Below are positions 53,063 to 64,000 of a stretch of DNA of 64,000 nucleotides, in pieces (position 1 is the stretch's first letter; each line of letters starts with the position of its first letter). Both the position numbers and the translations under genes were made by a program. A model generated the notes under the pieces. That model searched no databases, had not been told where the DNA came from, and saw only the letters and a list, made by a program, of their open reading frames with translations. The stretch comes from Hormiphora californensis (lineage: Eukaryota; Animalia; Ctenophora): positions 4,588,001 through 4,652,000 of the forward strand of contig CM035351.1 of NCBI GenBank assembly GCA_020137815.1, written 5' to 3'.

Positions 53063-54691
53063 ATGTCACATTCTTTGTTCTTTCTCCTCTTATGGAGTGG
53101 TGCTATCGGCACCTATAGCCCTCCCTCTGTGTGGGATAAGAAGACCTGGACGGACTTCATCCCTACTACCAGGGAGGACATAGAGTGGGGATCTGGGTTT
53201 AGTACTCTGACCCTCAGGAGAACCTTTAATGCCGCCACCCGACCCACCAAGATCACACCACTGGGGGAGGTAGAGGAGAGGTTCGAAGTAAAGGGATGTA
53301 CCACAGCTGGGGAGACTCTAAACTTCCTAACCGACCCCATGGATCTTGCCGCAGGGTTCCTCACCCAGGGAAACGAGTTAGTTGATTCTGCCCTTCGTAT
53401 CTCCGCCTTGACAGACCTCCAGACCACACTTGTTAGCAAGATAGACGTCCAGACAGACGTTCTGCTTATGGAGGGTTGGGAGCTCAAGGACGGGCCCCGG
53501 GATCTCCTGGCTACTCGGCAACATGCCAAGTTTGTGGAGTATTACGGGACACACCACCTGAGACGCGTCTACACGGGAGGATACATGTACCTCGTACTGA
53601 AATTCTCATGCGCCAGCAAGGATGAAAAGTCCGCACTGGATGATCGGTTAAAGAGGCATTCTGGGATGTTCTCTACAGTCGATGAAATGTTGAGTTCTCT
53701 GAGGGGCATCCGGGAAACCATAGCAACAGAAATCAGCGTCTTCACAGCAGGGGGAATGAAGCCTCCTTCCAAGTTAAATCTTGCTGGTGCAATAGAGTTT
53801 GCACATGAGTTCACTGCCCAAGCCAGGTCCTCCCGTGCCGTGACGCATGTCCAATACACCACTCTCTTCTACGCGTGGAGCTCGGATTTCGCATTTCGCG
53901 GCTATGTAGTCCCACTCCAGGAGAAAGTGGATGAGATGTTGGAGGTGGTTGTTGACCTGAAGAACACCCAGCTGATCCTAGGAAGTGCGGTGGAACTGGC
54001 GGGAAGGGACGAGGATCTGTCCTATCTGAGCCATACCGGGGTGGAGAAGATAATGGAGCTTGTGGAGCAGGCAGGAGATGCTGAGACGGAGCTAAAGACA
54101 GGGTTCATCGCGGGGAAGAATTTAGATCATATCTCTGATATATCGGGTGAGATATCGGTGAGATTTGAAGAGATCATGTACGAGGAGCAGCATTTTGATT
54201 CAACCAAAACGTTCTTTCTCCGGAGTAAGGGGCTGAAAATGTTCGCTTCTGAAGGATCAAAGGGCTATATTTCCTTCACGGAAACCTCCCCCATACTGAT
54301 GAAACTTACTCCGGTAAGAGCAGACTCAGACCCAACCGTTCTCTTCCGGCATGAGCTCTTCTTTATTACCCCCGCACAATACCCCGACAATAAGCTGTGC
54401 TTTGGCCGGGATAACTGGTATGCATTTTGGGTGTACAAACCAACATATGACCTAGCCATGTGTGCCTGGAGAGTGTTTGCAGCAACACGAGATGCAGAAA
54501 ACGAGCCGTTCGTGAGATTCTCGGTTCCGATTCACATCCAGAATGAGTACTGGAGTGGGTACGAGTTGGGGTTGAGTAACGATAGTAAGTGGGTGGCGGC
54601 TGTAACTCGACAGGATAGCAGATATAATCGGAAGCACTGGTGGACGGTGGAGAAAAGCCCCTTTGGGATAACTCCAGTTAAAGAGGAATGA
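53063..54691 (+). CDS. Secreted MACPF/perforin-like protein, single exon, with a Trp-rich beta C-terminal domain
   Basis: Signal peptide MSHSLFFLLLWSGAIG; FVEYYGTHHLRRVYTGG matches the MACPF signature YGTH-x7-GG; downstream FTAGG; 542-aa uninterrupted ORF. Confidence 0.75.
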   Translation: MSHSLFFLLLWSGAIGTYSPPSVWDKKTWTDFIPTTREDIEWGSGFSTLTLRRTFNAATRPTKITPLGEVEERFEVKGCTTAGETLNFLTDPMDLAAGFLTQGNELVDSALRISALTDLQTTLVSKIDVQTDVLLMEGWELKDGPRDLLATRQHAKFVEYYGTHHLRRVYTGGYMYLVLKFSCASKDEKSALDDRLKRHSGMFSTVDEMLSSLRGIRETIATEISVFTAGGMKPPSKLNLAGAIEFAHEFTAQARSSRAVTHVQYTTLFYAWSSDFAFRGYVVPLQEKVDEMLEVVVDLKNTQLILGSAVELAGRDEDLSYLSHTGVEKIMELVEQAGDAETELKTGFIAGKNLDHISDISGEISVRFEEIMYEEQHFDSTKTFFLRSKGLKMFASEGSKGYISFTETSPILMKLTPVRADSDPTVLFRHELFFITPAQYPDNKLCFGRDNWYAFWVYKPTYDLAMCAWRVFAATRDAENEPFVRFSVPIHIQNEYWSGYELGLSNDSKWVAAVTRQDSRYNRKHWWTVEKSPFGITPVKEE

Positions 54692-55187
54692 GAGATACTG
54701 AGATAATAGGGAGAGGGGATAGTTTCACTAACTGAAGAATCATTCCAGGATGAACGTATAGGGTTTGAAAGGTAAATGGAAATTATGAAATTTGATAAAT
54801 CCGATAACTTACGTTTTTGAACTTGGTACTGCTGATTGATCAATTTACTTGTCTTGAACTTCATGCATTGTTCATTAACCTATTGTCAGAGAGTAAGGGG
54901 GTGTGAATGACAGATCTGGAAACAAAATCATATCTACAAAACCTCGTGGTCATATCCTTCAAATATCTAAGACACTTGGGATACGGTTGGTAAAAACGTA
55001 AAAAATATCATACACAGGAAAAATAAATTAATCACACTTGGTTTCCTCACTATTTTCAACTCTGTCAGGCCAATGCTCTGACCACAGTTCTCGTGCACTC
55101 CGTGTGCACTGTGCAGAAATGAGAAAAGGGTCAGAAATAAGGACAGGGTCAGGCCAATGCTCTGACAGTTTCAACTCTACTACCATT

Positions 55188-58100
55188 TCAGTCCGTCCCA
55201 CTCTTTTTTCCAAAGGTATCAATCAAATAGCCCAGGTCGGTAAACTTGGAGGTTTCTGTTTCGGATCCCACTACTACGTTTCCATGGAGATTATCAGGGG
55301 CGAGGTATCGTCCTGCCACGTCCATTACTTCTTGTCGTGTCACGGAGAGAACACCTAGATGCAGCGAGAATAATCAGTTAGAGTTGTGCACCGGGGGGGG
55401 GGGGGGGGGGGGGGCACGTCGCGCCCCTCATGTTCGCGCGCCCGTAGGGCGATCCCCTCACATACGCGGGCACACCAGGGGGGGGTAGTTCGAGAGTGGT
55501 GGCTGTAACCACTTTGGAGTAGACCTAGTAAGAAATTAGACAACTCCAGACTAACGAAAAGAGCGCGGTGTGAGTCACACAACTCCAGAGTCTGGTATTC
55601 TACTTGTAGTCTGGACTACAAGAACAACACCAGCTCATACAAAATTAATCAGAGATATTATGTAAATTACCTGCTCTATAAGCTCGTCTCTGGTCGAGAT
55701 CCATACCACCCAGGAACTCTCCCAATCCTCGTGATCCAGGGGCAACGGGTGCGTCCTGTTTCCCCATCACCGATATCTAGATCAGGACAGGCCGGTTAGT
55801 AAAATAGTAACTTTATGAAACGGATATCTAGTAAGACAAGGACAGGGGTTATTAATGGGTTATAAGATAGACAGGGGTTAGTAACTCTATGAAATGGATA
55901 GTGGTGAAAGCAGGAGCACCGATTATATATATTTGCACGATCCACAGTCAGGCATCACTATTCTGACAATGGTCACTAGGCAGACATCGCGATGACAGAT
56001 GACACTTTTTGTCAAACATACCTGCGCTTCGTTAAGCTGTTCGTCAGTGAAGGCTCCCTCAGCAGCCCACTGAGCAGCCCTATCAAACACCTCCAGGGTG
56101 GCAGTATTATTGGGATCTCGGTAGGAGAAGAACGAAACAGCCTGGTTACTCGCCACACATCCACTACCATATGCTCCACCCTTCTCTCTGACCTCCCGGT
56201 GCAGGTATTTGGAGGACAGGAGAGCAGCTAACACGCTCAGTTTGGGGGAGTCAGGGTGGGCGGCTGGGGCTCCTCTGAAGGACCTACTGCAGAAGTTGAC
56301 ACCGAGGTTCTGGACTTCGATAAACCTGGGCGGGGGAGGATGGTTTACATTTTGTCGAATACATAGTCATTGATATTTGTGTGTTTATGGATGTTAAGCA
56401 CCGGCCCGGTGCTTTTAGTGTTTAGGGACCTAAGATATCATACGATACCGTGTGAGTACACGAAACAACTGTTCTTACTCGTTAATAGCAGAGATAGATG
56501 TGAAAGATCGAGTGTCAATTGAGTAGTCCTTTGATGACACTCTATCTGGTATTCTTCTGAGCAGCTCACTTAACGCATCAACAACCTCGTCTACCTGTCA
56601 TAAGTGGAGAGGAATCGTTTGGATTTATAATCACGAATTATTTTATGAATTCAAAACAGGTTCCGCCGTGCCGAATTACAGCTATATTGCGTTAGAAATA
56701 GTACGTTCCCATGGTAACCGGGAGAGGGGGGTGCTGCCATGGTAACATGGTGCTGCCATGGTAACATGGTGTTGCTATGGTAACATGGTGTTGCTATGGT
56801 AACATGGTGTTGCTATGGTAACATGGTGTTGCTATGGTAACATGGTGTTGCTATGGTAACATGGTGTTGCCATGGTAAGATGGTGTTGCTATGGTAACAT
56901 GGTGTTGCTATGGTAACATGGTGTTGCTATGGTAACATGGTGTTGCTATGGTAACATGGTGTTGCTATGGTAACATGGTGTTGCTATGGTAACATGGTGT
57001 TGCTATGGTAACATGGTGTTGCTATGGTAACATGGTGTTGCTATGGTAACATGGTGTTGCCATGGTAACACGGTGTTACCATGGTAATATGGTGTTGCTA
57101 TGGTAACCTAGTGTTGCTATGGTAACATGGTGTTGCCATGGTAACATGGTGTTACCATGGTAACCTGGTGTTGCCATGGTAACATGGTGTTGCTATGGTA
57201 ACATGGTGTTGCTATGGTAACATGGTGTTGCCATGGTAGCATGGTGTTGCCATGGTAGCATGGTGTTGCCATGGTAATATGGTGCTGCCATGGTAACATT
57301 GTGTTGCTATGGTAACCTGGTGTTGCTATGGTAACATGGTGTTTCTATGGTAACCTGGTGTTGCTATGGTAACATGGTGTTGCTATGGTAACATGGTGTT
57401 GCTATGGTAAAATGGTGTTGCCATGGTAACATGGTGTTGCTATGGTAACATGGTGTTGCCATGGTAACATGGTGTTGCTATGGTAACATGGTGTTGCCAT
57501 GGTAACATGGTATGGCAGTTACCTGACTGAGTGTCGTGTTGATTGCCACACTCATTAGCGACCTATCCATGGTGACATAATGGGTACCCGCTACCTCCGA
57601 TACCAAGTCCTGAGGGAGAGAAGGGGATTTACAAATATAGCTCGTTTCGAAACCTTCCTGATTATGCTGCTTATCTTGACGAAGCTGTGCTACATACTAT
57701 TCGTCTTGCTCGGCCCTCTTTCAAAACAATAAACGATAGAAAGAAATAATATCAATCCAAATGGAATCTCCAAGTTATGTTCTAGTTTTGACTCACTCAG
57801 ACCTCAGTTCTAGTTACCTGTACATCACCGTTGTTGTACTGCTGAACCAGCTGGGCCTGTTTGAAGCCACCTAACTGTTCAGATAACTGGCCCAGGGGTG
57901 ACAGGTGGGACCGAGACCGGGTCATGGCGTACTGGTGGCCACTCTGGGTTATACCATCTTTCTGACTCGCTACCTGGAGTGTGGTGGATCAGTACTAAAG
58001 AGAAGTGGTGGATGCAGGATGGGATCTAAAGAATATATTTACAAGTGGTGACTTAGAGGTAACCAGAACTATAAAAAATACCCAGATCCAACAGACCTAG

Positions 58101-58652
58101 ACATTGAAAATGAAACCAACTAGGATTTTGTACCTTTGAGTCCAGAAGTGCTTTGATCCTGTCAGTTTCATGGAAATGAGGCTGAGTTAGAAGATCCTGC
58201 CATAGACACGTCATGTAGGGAAGGTTGGAGTCCAGACAGTAGGAACTCATTACCATACCTACCTTAAACTCATCCGTTTCTGTCACACTCGCAGCTGAAA
58301 ATGAGAGATTTATCAAAATGATTCCATGTCTTGCTCAACTGGTTGAGTAAGGCAATTACACCATCTCTTTCTCACAACGCACCGGTGTAAAACCAATTAC
58401 GTCATGGTTTTTGTTAGAATCATGGTTTTCAAACAGCTACAATAACCACATACCAGTATGTGTTGAGCAACCAAAATTCCCTGTCCTCAACATTTTATCC
58501 AGGTCACACTCCTGATAAGACCGGCCCTTGGCCCCGACCTCGCTTAGAATGGAGGAGTAGAGAGGGAGTACAGCACGCTGCTCATCCACCATGTCCGTAT
58601 CGGTTACCAAGCAACGGAAATACGTGACACCGTTAGTTGGTCCCGTGTAAAT
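55188..58652 (-). CDS. PITRM1: Presequence protease (pitrilysin M16C), 3' exons; upstream exons not identified in the window
   Basis: PTNGVTYFR; SSYCLDSNLPYMTCLWQDLL; DGITQSGHQYAM; LAALLSSKYLHREVREKGGAYG; FFSYRDPN; QDAPVAPGSRG; last exon ends KKSGTD*. Confidence 0.92.
56705..57510. repeat. 19-bp minisatellite, ~40 copies of GTTGC(C/T)ATGGTAAC-ATGGT (X-box array) in a PITRM1 intron
   Basis: Directly visible; begins ~12 nt downstream of the minus-strand donor at ~57522. Confidence 0.95.
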
Positions 58653-59135
58653 CTGAAATACGTGACACCGTTAGTTGGTCCCGTGTAAATCTGAAATACG
58701 TGACACCGTTAGTTGGTCCCGTGTAAATCTGAAATACGTGACACCGTTAGTTGGTCCCGTGTAAATCTGAAATACGTGACACCGTTAGTTGGTCCCGTGT
58801 AAATCTGAAATAGGTGACACCGTTAGTCGGTCCCGTGTAAATCTGAAATACGACATACGTGACACCGTTAGTTGGTCCCGTGTAAATCTGAAATAGGTGA
58901 CACCGTTAGTTGGTCCCGTGTAAATCTGAAACACGTGACACCATTAGTTGGTCCCGTGTAAATCTGAAATTAGAAATACGTGACACCGTTAGTTGGTCTC
59001 GTGTAAATCTGAAACACGTGACACCGTTAGTTGGTCCCGTGTAAATCTGAAATTAGAAATACGTGACACCGTTAGTTGGTCTCGTGTAAATCTTAAATAT
59101 GTGACACCGTTAGTTCGTCCCGTTTAGATCTAAAA
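58618..59135 (-). repeat. 38-bp tandem array (~13 copies) of a PITRM1 acceptor plus the exon start
   Basis: Unit cag|ATTTACACGGGACCAACTAACGGTGTCACGTATTT encodes the conserved IYTGPTNGVTY; only the last copy continues FRCL. Confidence 0.93.
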
Positions 59136-59142
59136 CACGTGT

Positions 59143-59960
59143 ACAGGTTTGTTTGTTTGTTTGTGATTGCTGCGTCTGGAGGATGACCTGCCCGAAAGTA
59201 GTAGAGGCTGCACCGAACACGCTTATTAGGCGCCCCAGCACGTCCTCCACTCCGCCGTAGCAAGGACACCCACCAATCAGTTTATGCAGAGCATGTTACT
59301 TCAGACGCTCCAGGAAGACCGTGGTCAACCACTGGCGACACCGAGCGGCGAGAGCCGCACGGCGTCGACAGGGGTATCACACTACTCCTGGCCTAAATCA
59401 AATTCTAAGGTTTGTGTTAAGCTGGATCAGGTATCGTTTTGCCTTTGAGAGATTCTTGAGTTCGTTTGGTCCGGAACAAGGTAACGTTTTGCCTTTGAGG
59501 TAGTCTTGAGATGATTTGTTCTGCAACAATGTAGCAAGTCTTGGACTTGGACTGGATCAAGGTAACGTTTTCCATTGTGAGTAAGGTCTGTCAACAGCGC
59601 TAGCTAAATATACTAAGAATAAGATTTTAATCTCGCAATGGCAACGTTCATATTTTGGATACAACTGTACATAACAACAGACTGACAAACTTACGACCTT
59701 GATGGATGTGATGGCCGATGGGTACCGTGACGTGTTGGTGATGAGATGTGAAGTGTGTCCATTTCCAGTAGAGACGAAGATAAACGAAAACGATCAAACA
59801 CAAATAAGGGGTAGGACAGATTGTAGGGCTAATGGAATGTAAGATGTTCTAGAAGACAAGTCGGGTGGGCCAGATAAGAAAATTTGTTAATTGTTACACG
59901 CGATAAGCGACTTAGTGCACCAAAACACAAGGATTGTCTCTGTAGTGGCGTGTTTCACAA
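59143..59960. mobile_element. Dispersed repeat with (GTTT)n end; related segments at ~2170-2545, 22824-22877 (reverse) and possibly ~7695
   Basis: GGAACAAGGTAACGTTTTGCCTTTGAG and TTGTTACACGCGATAAGCGACTTAGTGCACCAAAACACAAGGATTGTC shared with 2176-2530; 59147-59205 is the reverse complement of 22824-22877. Confidence 0.7.
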
Positions 59961-60521
59961 AGAAAACGAGCAGGTATTGAAAACGAGCAGGTATTGAGTG
60001 CATTAGAGATCAGATATTAGAGGTATTGTGTTGAAAGATACAGAAAAGGAGCACTATTTGACAGAATGACTGAACCAAACTAGGTGATACGGTTGTAAAG
60101 TGATAGATTTAGCTAGACTTAGACGGGTGTATGTCAGTGTAACAGAGCATTCAAAATGAAACAAATATGAAACTGCAAATGTATGAACTCCACGTTTCCG
60201 GTTCCTCAAAAGATAGCTACTTGATCTTGGTTGCGTTGGATTGGTCTCAATTTAACACCTTTCCAACGCTACCAAAACGGTTTCTGTATCTCATCAGGAA
60301 CCGGAGATATTACGGTATCAATTTATAAATTGCGCCTCTCGTTTATCAGTAGACCCCCTATTTTGCACATACTTCTAGCCGACAAAAAATTCCGAAAAAA
60401 TGCCGAAAGTCAATGATAAATCAAAATAAGACGGTATCTTGTTAGCAGATTAGCACCAGTAGAACAAAAACAGGATTGGTTAGTGGTTTAGTAAATAAAG
60501 GGGCATTGGAGGTCCACAGGG

Positions 60522-60680
60522 TAGCTATCCTCTGAGCGGGGTAAACTATCTCCTCTGGAACGGGGTAAACTATCCTCTCTGGAACGGGGTAAACTATCCT
60601 CTCTGGAACGGGGTAAACTATCCTCTCTGGAACGGGGTAGACTATTCTCTCTGGAACAGGGTAAGTTAAACTCTCCGGGG
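60522..60680. repeat. 24-bp minisatellite GGGGTAAACTATCCTCTCTGGAAC, ~6 copies
   Basis: Directly visible. Confidence 0.85.
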
Positions 60681-61765
60681 TAGAACCCTATCTGGATCGG
60701 GACCCTATTAATGAAATGGATTAGGGGGTTAGCAGATTAGTATCAGGATTGGTTAGTGGGTTAGTAGATAAAGGGGCATTGGAGGTCAGGTGGCTAGAAG
60801 GTGCCTGTTCCACGGGTAACCCTAAGCCGGAGAAGGCGGGGTAGGAACGTAATAGTTGGCGATGATACACTGTGGGCCGCCTAGCCAAGAAAATCTTATT
60901 GTGTTATGAAACCCGATAGTTGATTTATCAGTCGTTTGAAGATTTTGCGCGCTCATGATAACTGCTAGCTGGGGGATTTAACACCCTGCTCGCGATTTAT
61001 CAGGCCAGTGTCCTTTTTCACGCGTTTCTCTTCATTTGAATAACATGCGTGTAAAATTCTAAGTATTGAAAATGTGTGTAAACACACAGTTCTGTCAACA
61101 AAAGAAAGGGGAAACATGTCTGCAACACGTTTCAATGTTATCTCTCTCATAAGGAGTTAAAAGAATCACATTCCATTCATTTCTCTCTCTCATTGTCTCT
61201 TTTACTGTTCACTACCTCTGACAGTGTGTATTGCCCCCAATCTTGCTCTCTCTTTCTCAAACATGTTAGGAACAGTAGACACTAAGTCTACACACATTTT
61301 CACGGTGTCTGTTGACTAATTGCCAGCAGTCCTAGTGTGTTTCACCTTGTGTTGTGTCTCTTATTTGTGTGTAATTACTATCGGGTTTCATAAAATATGA
61401 ACGTTTGTTAGCCTATCGCGTTATAGGTTTAAACTTTAAATCACCTCCCCCTCACCCTCGGCTGGCGCCTCGGGATCGGCGTCGGGATTTAAACCAGTTT
61501 AATCGCCCTGCCGGGCGATTAAACTCCAGTTGGCTGTCCCCAGCTCGCGCTGGGAACAGCCAACTTGATAACGCGCCAGTCTACAAACGTTCATACTTCA
61601 TTTGTATTTTATGATTTTTTTCCGTATTTTTGATACACAGCCACGCTTAGCCACGGCCACACGGACCTGAAAATCGATCAAGGGGAAAGGGGATGGGGAA
61701 AGGTACTCCGTGTGACCCTGTTGCCCGGGGGAAACCGATAGGAGGTGGTGGCAGGCGGACCAACT

Positions 61766-61866
<101 letters not shown>

Positions 61867-63506
61867 CTTACACACGAAGAAGAGGGAATCATGGAGACAT
61901 TATCATAATGTGGAGATAAAAATAGTAACCACGGACAATCCCTTGCTCGTAGAGTATCTGGATTCCCTCTCTCTCTTTCTCTCCGTCATGGCGTTCTTTT
62001 CTTTTCTCGTAGCTCCTGGTTCTTTTCTCTTTCTCAGCTTATCTCTCCTCCTAGCCATTGCTTTTCCTCCTTGCTCTCTCTTTTCCTCGCCTCCGCCACA
62101 GTCCACGGTGAAGGTTAGAGGAGGGGTGGGTGTTCGAGGCGTACCGATTAACAATTTTGCTCTCTTATTTCCTCGCAGCTGATCTCTCCTTCTGCTCTCT
62201 TTTTTCCTCGCCTCCGCCACAGTCCACGGTGATGGTTAGAGGAGGGGTGGGTGTTTGAGGCGTACCGATTAACAATACCCAACAAAGCAGTACGCTCTCC
62301 TATAAATGATCTCTCGGATCCCTCTGATCTCTATATTTCCTGTTGCTCTGGTCTTTCTCTAATACAAGGCTGTTATCAGTGATATAGTGACAAGAACGAG
62401 AGTGTTGTGACTTGTACTGTAAAGTTGCGAAAATATGGGCTTTTTTGAGACCTAAAAACTCGAATTTTAGGCCGTATTTTTTATTTTTTTCAAATTATTT
62501 GATCTTGAGCTAATCTAATACCATCGGGCCATGCAAATGGATCAATTTGAGCACAATGGCTATCGACGAACAACATATTTTAACCATAATAGGGGGCTGC
62601 AGTATGTCAAAAAGTGAGTTTTTGGGCGGCAGTGTGAGTTTTTGACAGAAAAATTTAAAAAAATTCATCGTTAAAAAGAGGCTCACGTGTTCAATTATGT
62701 GTTATTCAACTTGCAATGGTATATGATGGGTCTCGATGAGGTTCAGCTGAAAGTTTTATTTTACAAAATATGAATTATCATTAAATTAGTTTTTAGGTGA
62801 TTTTTCGAGTTGTAAAATTCTTAGTACAGTCAGACCCCGATTTACCGGGCCCCGATTTACCGGGACGATCTCCTTCCCCCGATTCTTCGGGGGGTGAGGA
62901 AGTATCAAAGTTTCAAAACAACTTTTTCTCTGAAAATTTACGGGGAGCATCGATCAAAGCATTGACAACGATTCTGTAAAATTTTGCCAAAAAAGTTATA
63001 AAATTGGTATAAGACGTATACCAGCCACTTTCGAATCGTTTTTCGAATCGGTGCATCTTATCACGTATCCTGCCGCTATAAGCCTGTCAAAACGTGTCGA
63101 TTTTTGGCCAAACCTTGAAGTCACGAGAGGCAAGCCAATTCCGGTTGTACATCCTAGGTATAGGTCTCCTAAACATAAAAAACCAAAATGTCAGTCTCAA
63201 TTATTTGGGGGAAGCTGTGAAATTAGCCCCTAATTGATTGGTAATTGAGCACAAGGGGGAAAAGCTGTATCTACCCTTAGGAAAGGAGTAGAGACAAAAT
63301 TAAGGGCACCAAAGTGTTCAGCGTCCTCGCATTAGTGGGGGTAGGTGCCGGAATGAAGTCTCTATCTCATCTGGTTAATTAGATAATTGGATAATTAGGT
63401 ATGCGCATAGCCGTTTGCTGACCATATGGCTATAGCCATGTTAGGAAAGGAGTAGAGACAAAACCGAGGGCACTAAAATGATCAGCGTCCTCGAATTAGT
63501 GGGGGT

Positions 63507-64000
63507 AGGTGCTAAAATTAAATCTCTATCTCATCCAGTTAATTAGATAATTGGATAATTAGTTTTGCGAATAACCGTTTTTAGGCTATATGGCTATAGC
63601 CACTTAGGAATGGTTCAGAGACTTTTCATTGGTGCCATTTTGTAGGCAATGGCCAAGTTATGGGGGGTCGACGTCGGACTTTTAAGCTCTATCTTCAACC
63701 GTTTAGCCGTTATTTGGCTTTTAAGGTGCTGAAAATGAGTAAAAATCGGGCTTTTTACCGTTTTTTGCTCATTTTGAGCACCTTTAAATCCAAATAACGG
63801 CTAAACGGTTGAAGATAGAGCTTAAAAGTCCGACGTTGACCCCCCATAACTTGGCCATTGCCTACAAAATGGCACCAATGAAAAGCCTCTAAACCATTCC
63901 TAAGTGGCTATAGCCATATAGCCTAAAAACGGTTATTCGCAAAACTAATTATCCAATTATCTAATTAACCGGATGAGATAGAGATTTAATTTCAGCACCT
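63507..64000. repeat. Long palindrome (centre ~63757) running off the window end; preceded by ~165-bp tandem units
   Basis: 63507-63745 is the reverse complement of 63765-64000; TTAGGAAAGGAGTAGAGACAAAA recurs at 63277 and 63441. Confidence 0.85.

Noticed and set aside
61903-62280. 105-aa basic ORF with a ~117-bp duplication
   Set aside because: Low-complexity purine-rich sequence in a repeat-dense region; no domain evidence.

Overview
Eukaryotic (animal-like) genomic DNA with compact GT-AG introns, long (AG/CT)n tracts, one 100-N gap (46443-46542) and scattered indel errors typical of an imperfectly polished assembly. The style (nested genes, acceptors directly before start codons) suggests a ctenophore-like invertebrate, but that is a guess. 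Genes in order: DECR1 (-); a tandem-DEP-domain protein (+); EEF2 (-) with a complete same-strand EXOSC8 nested in its intron 5; an F-box ORF (+); a 5'-truncated RT-RNase H non-LTR retrotransposon (-); the 3' half of TBC1D32/BROMI (+) with a same-strand nested GPCR; cathepsin L (-); a second GPCR (+); an unknown multi-exon gene (-); an SLCO/OATP transporter (+); a secreted MACPF-like protein (+); and the 3' part of PITRM1 (-). There are many MITEs and foldback elements. The most striking unexplained patterns are: (1) at least six introns whose 3' splice site plus the first exon bases are tandemly amplified (2 to about 55 copies), with only the last copy leading into the real exon; (2) intronic minisatellites built from RFX X-box palindromes just downstream of splice donors; (3) a dispersed mini-element made of two directly repeated lox-like sites, plus a solo site; (4) same-strand nested genes with an acceptor just before ATG. 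Exon boundaries were read by eye and may be off by a few bases.
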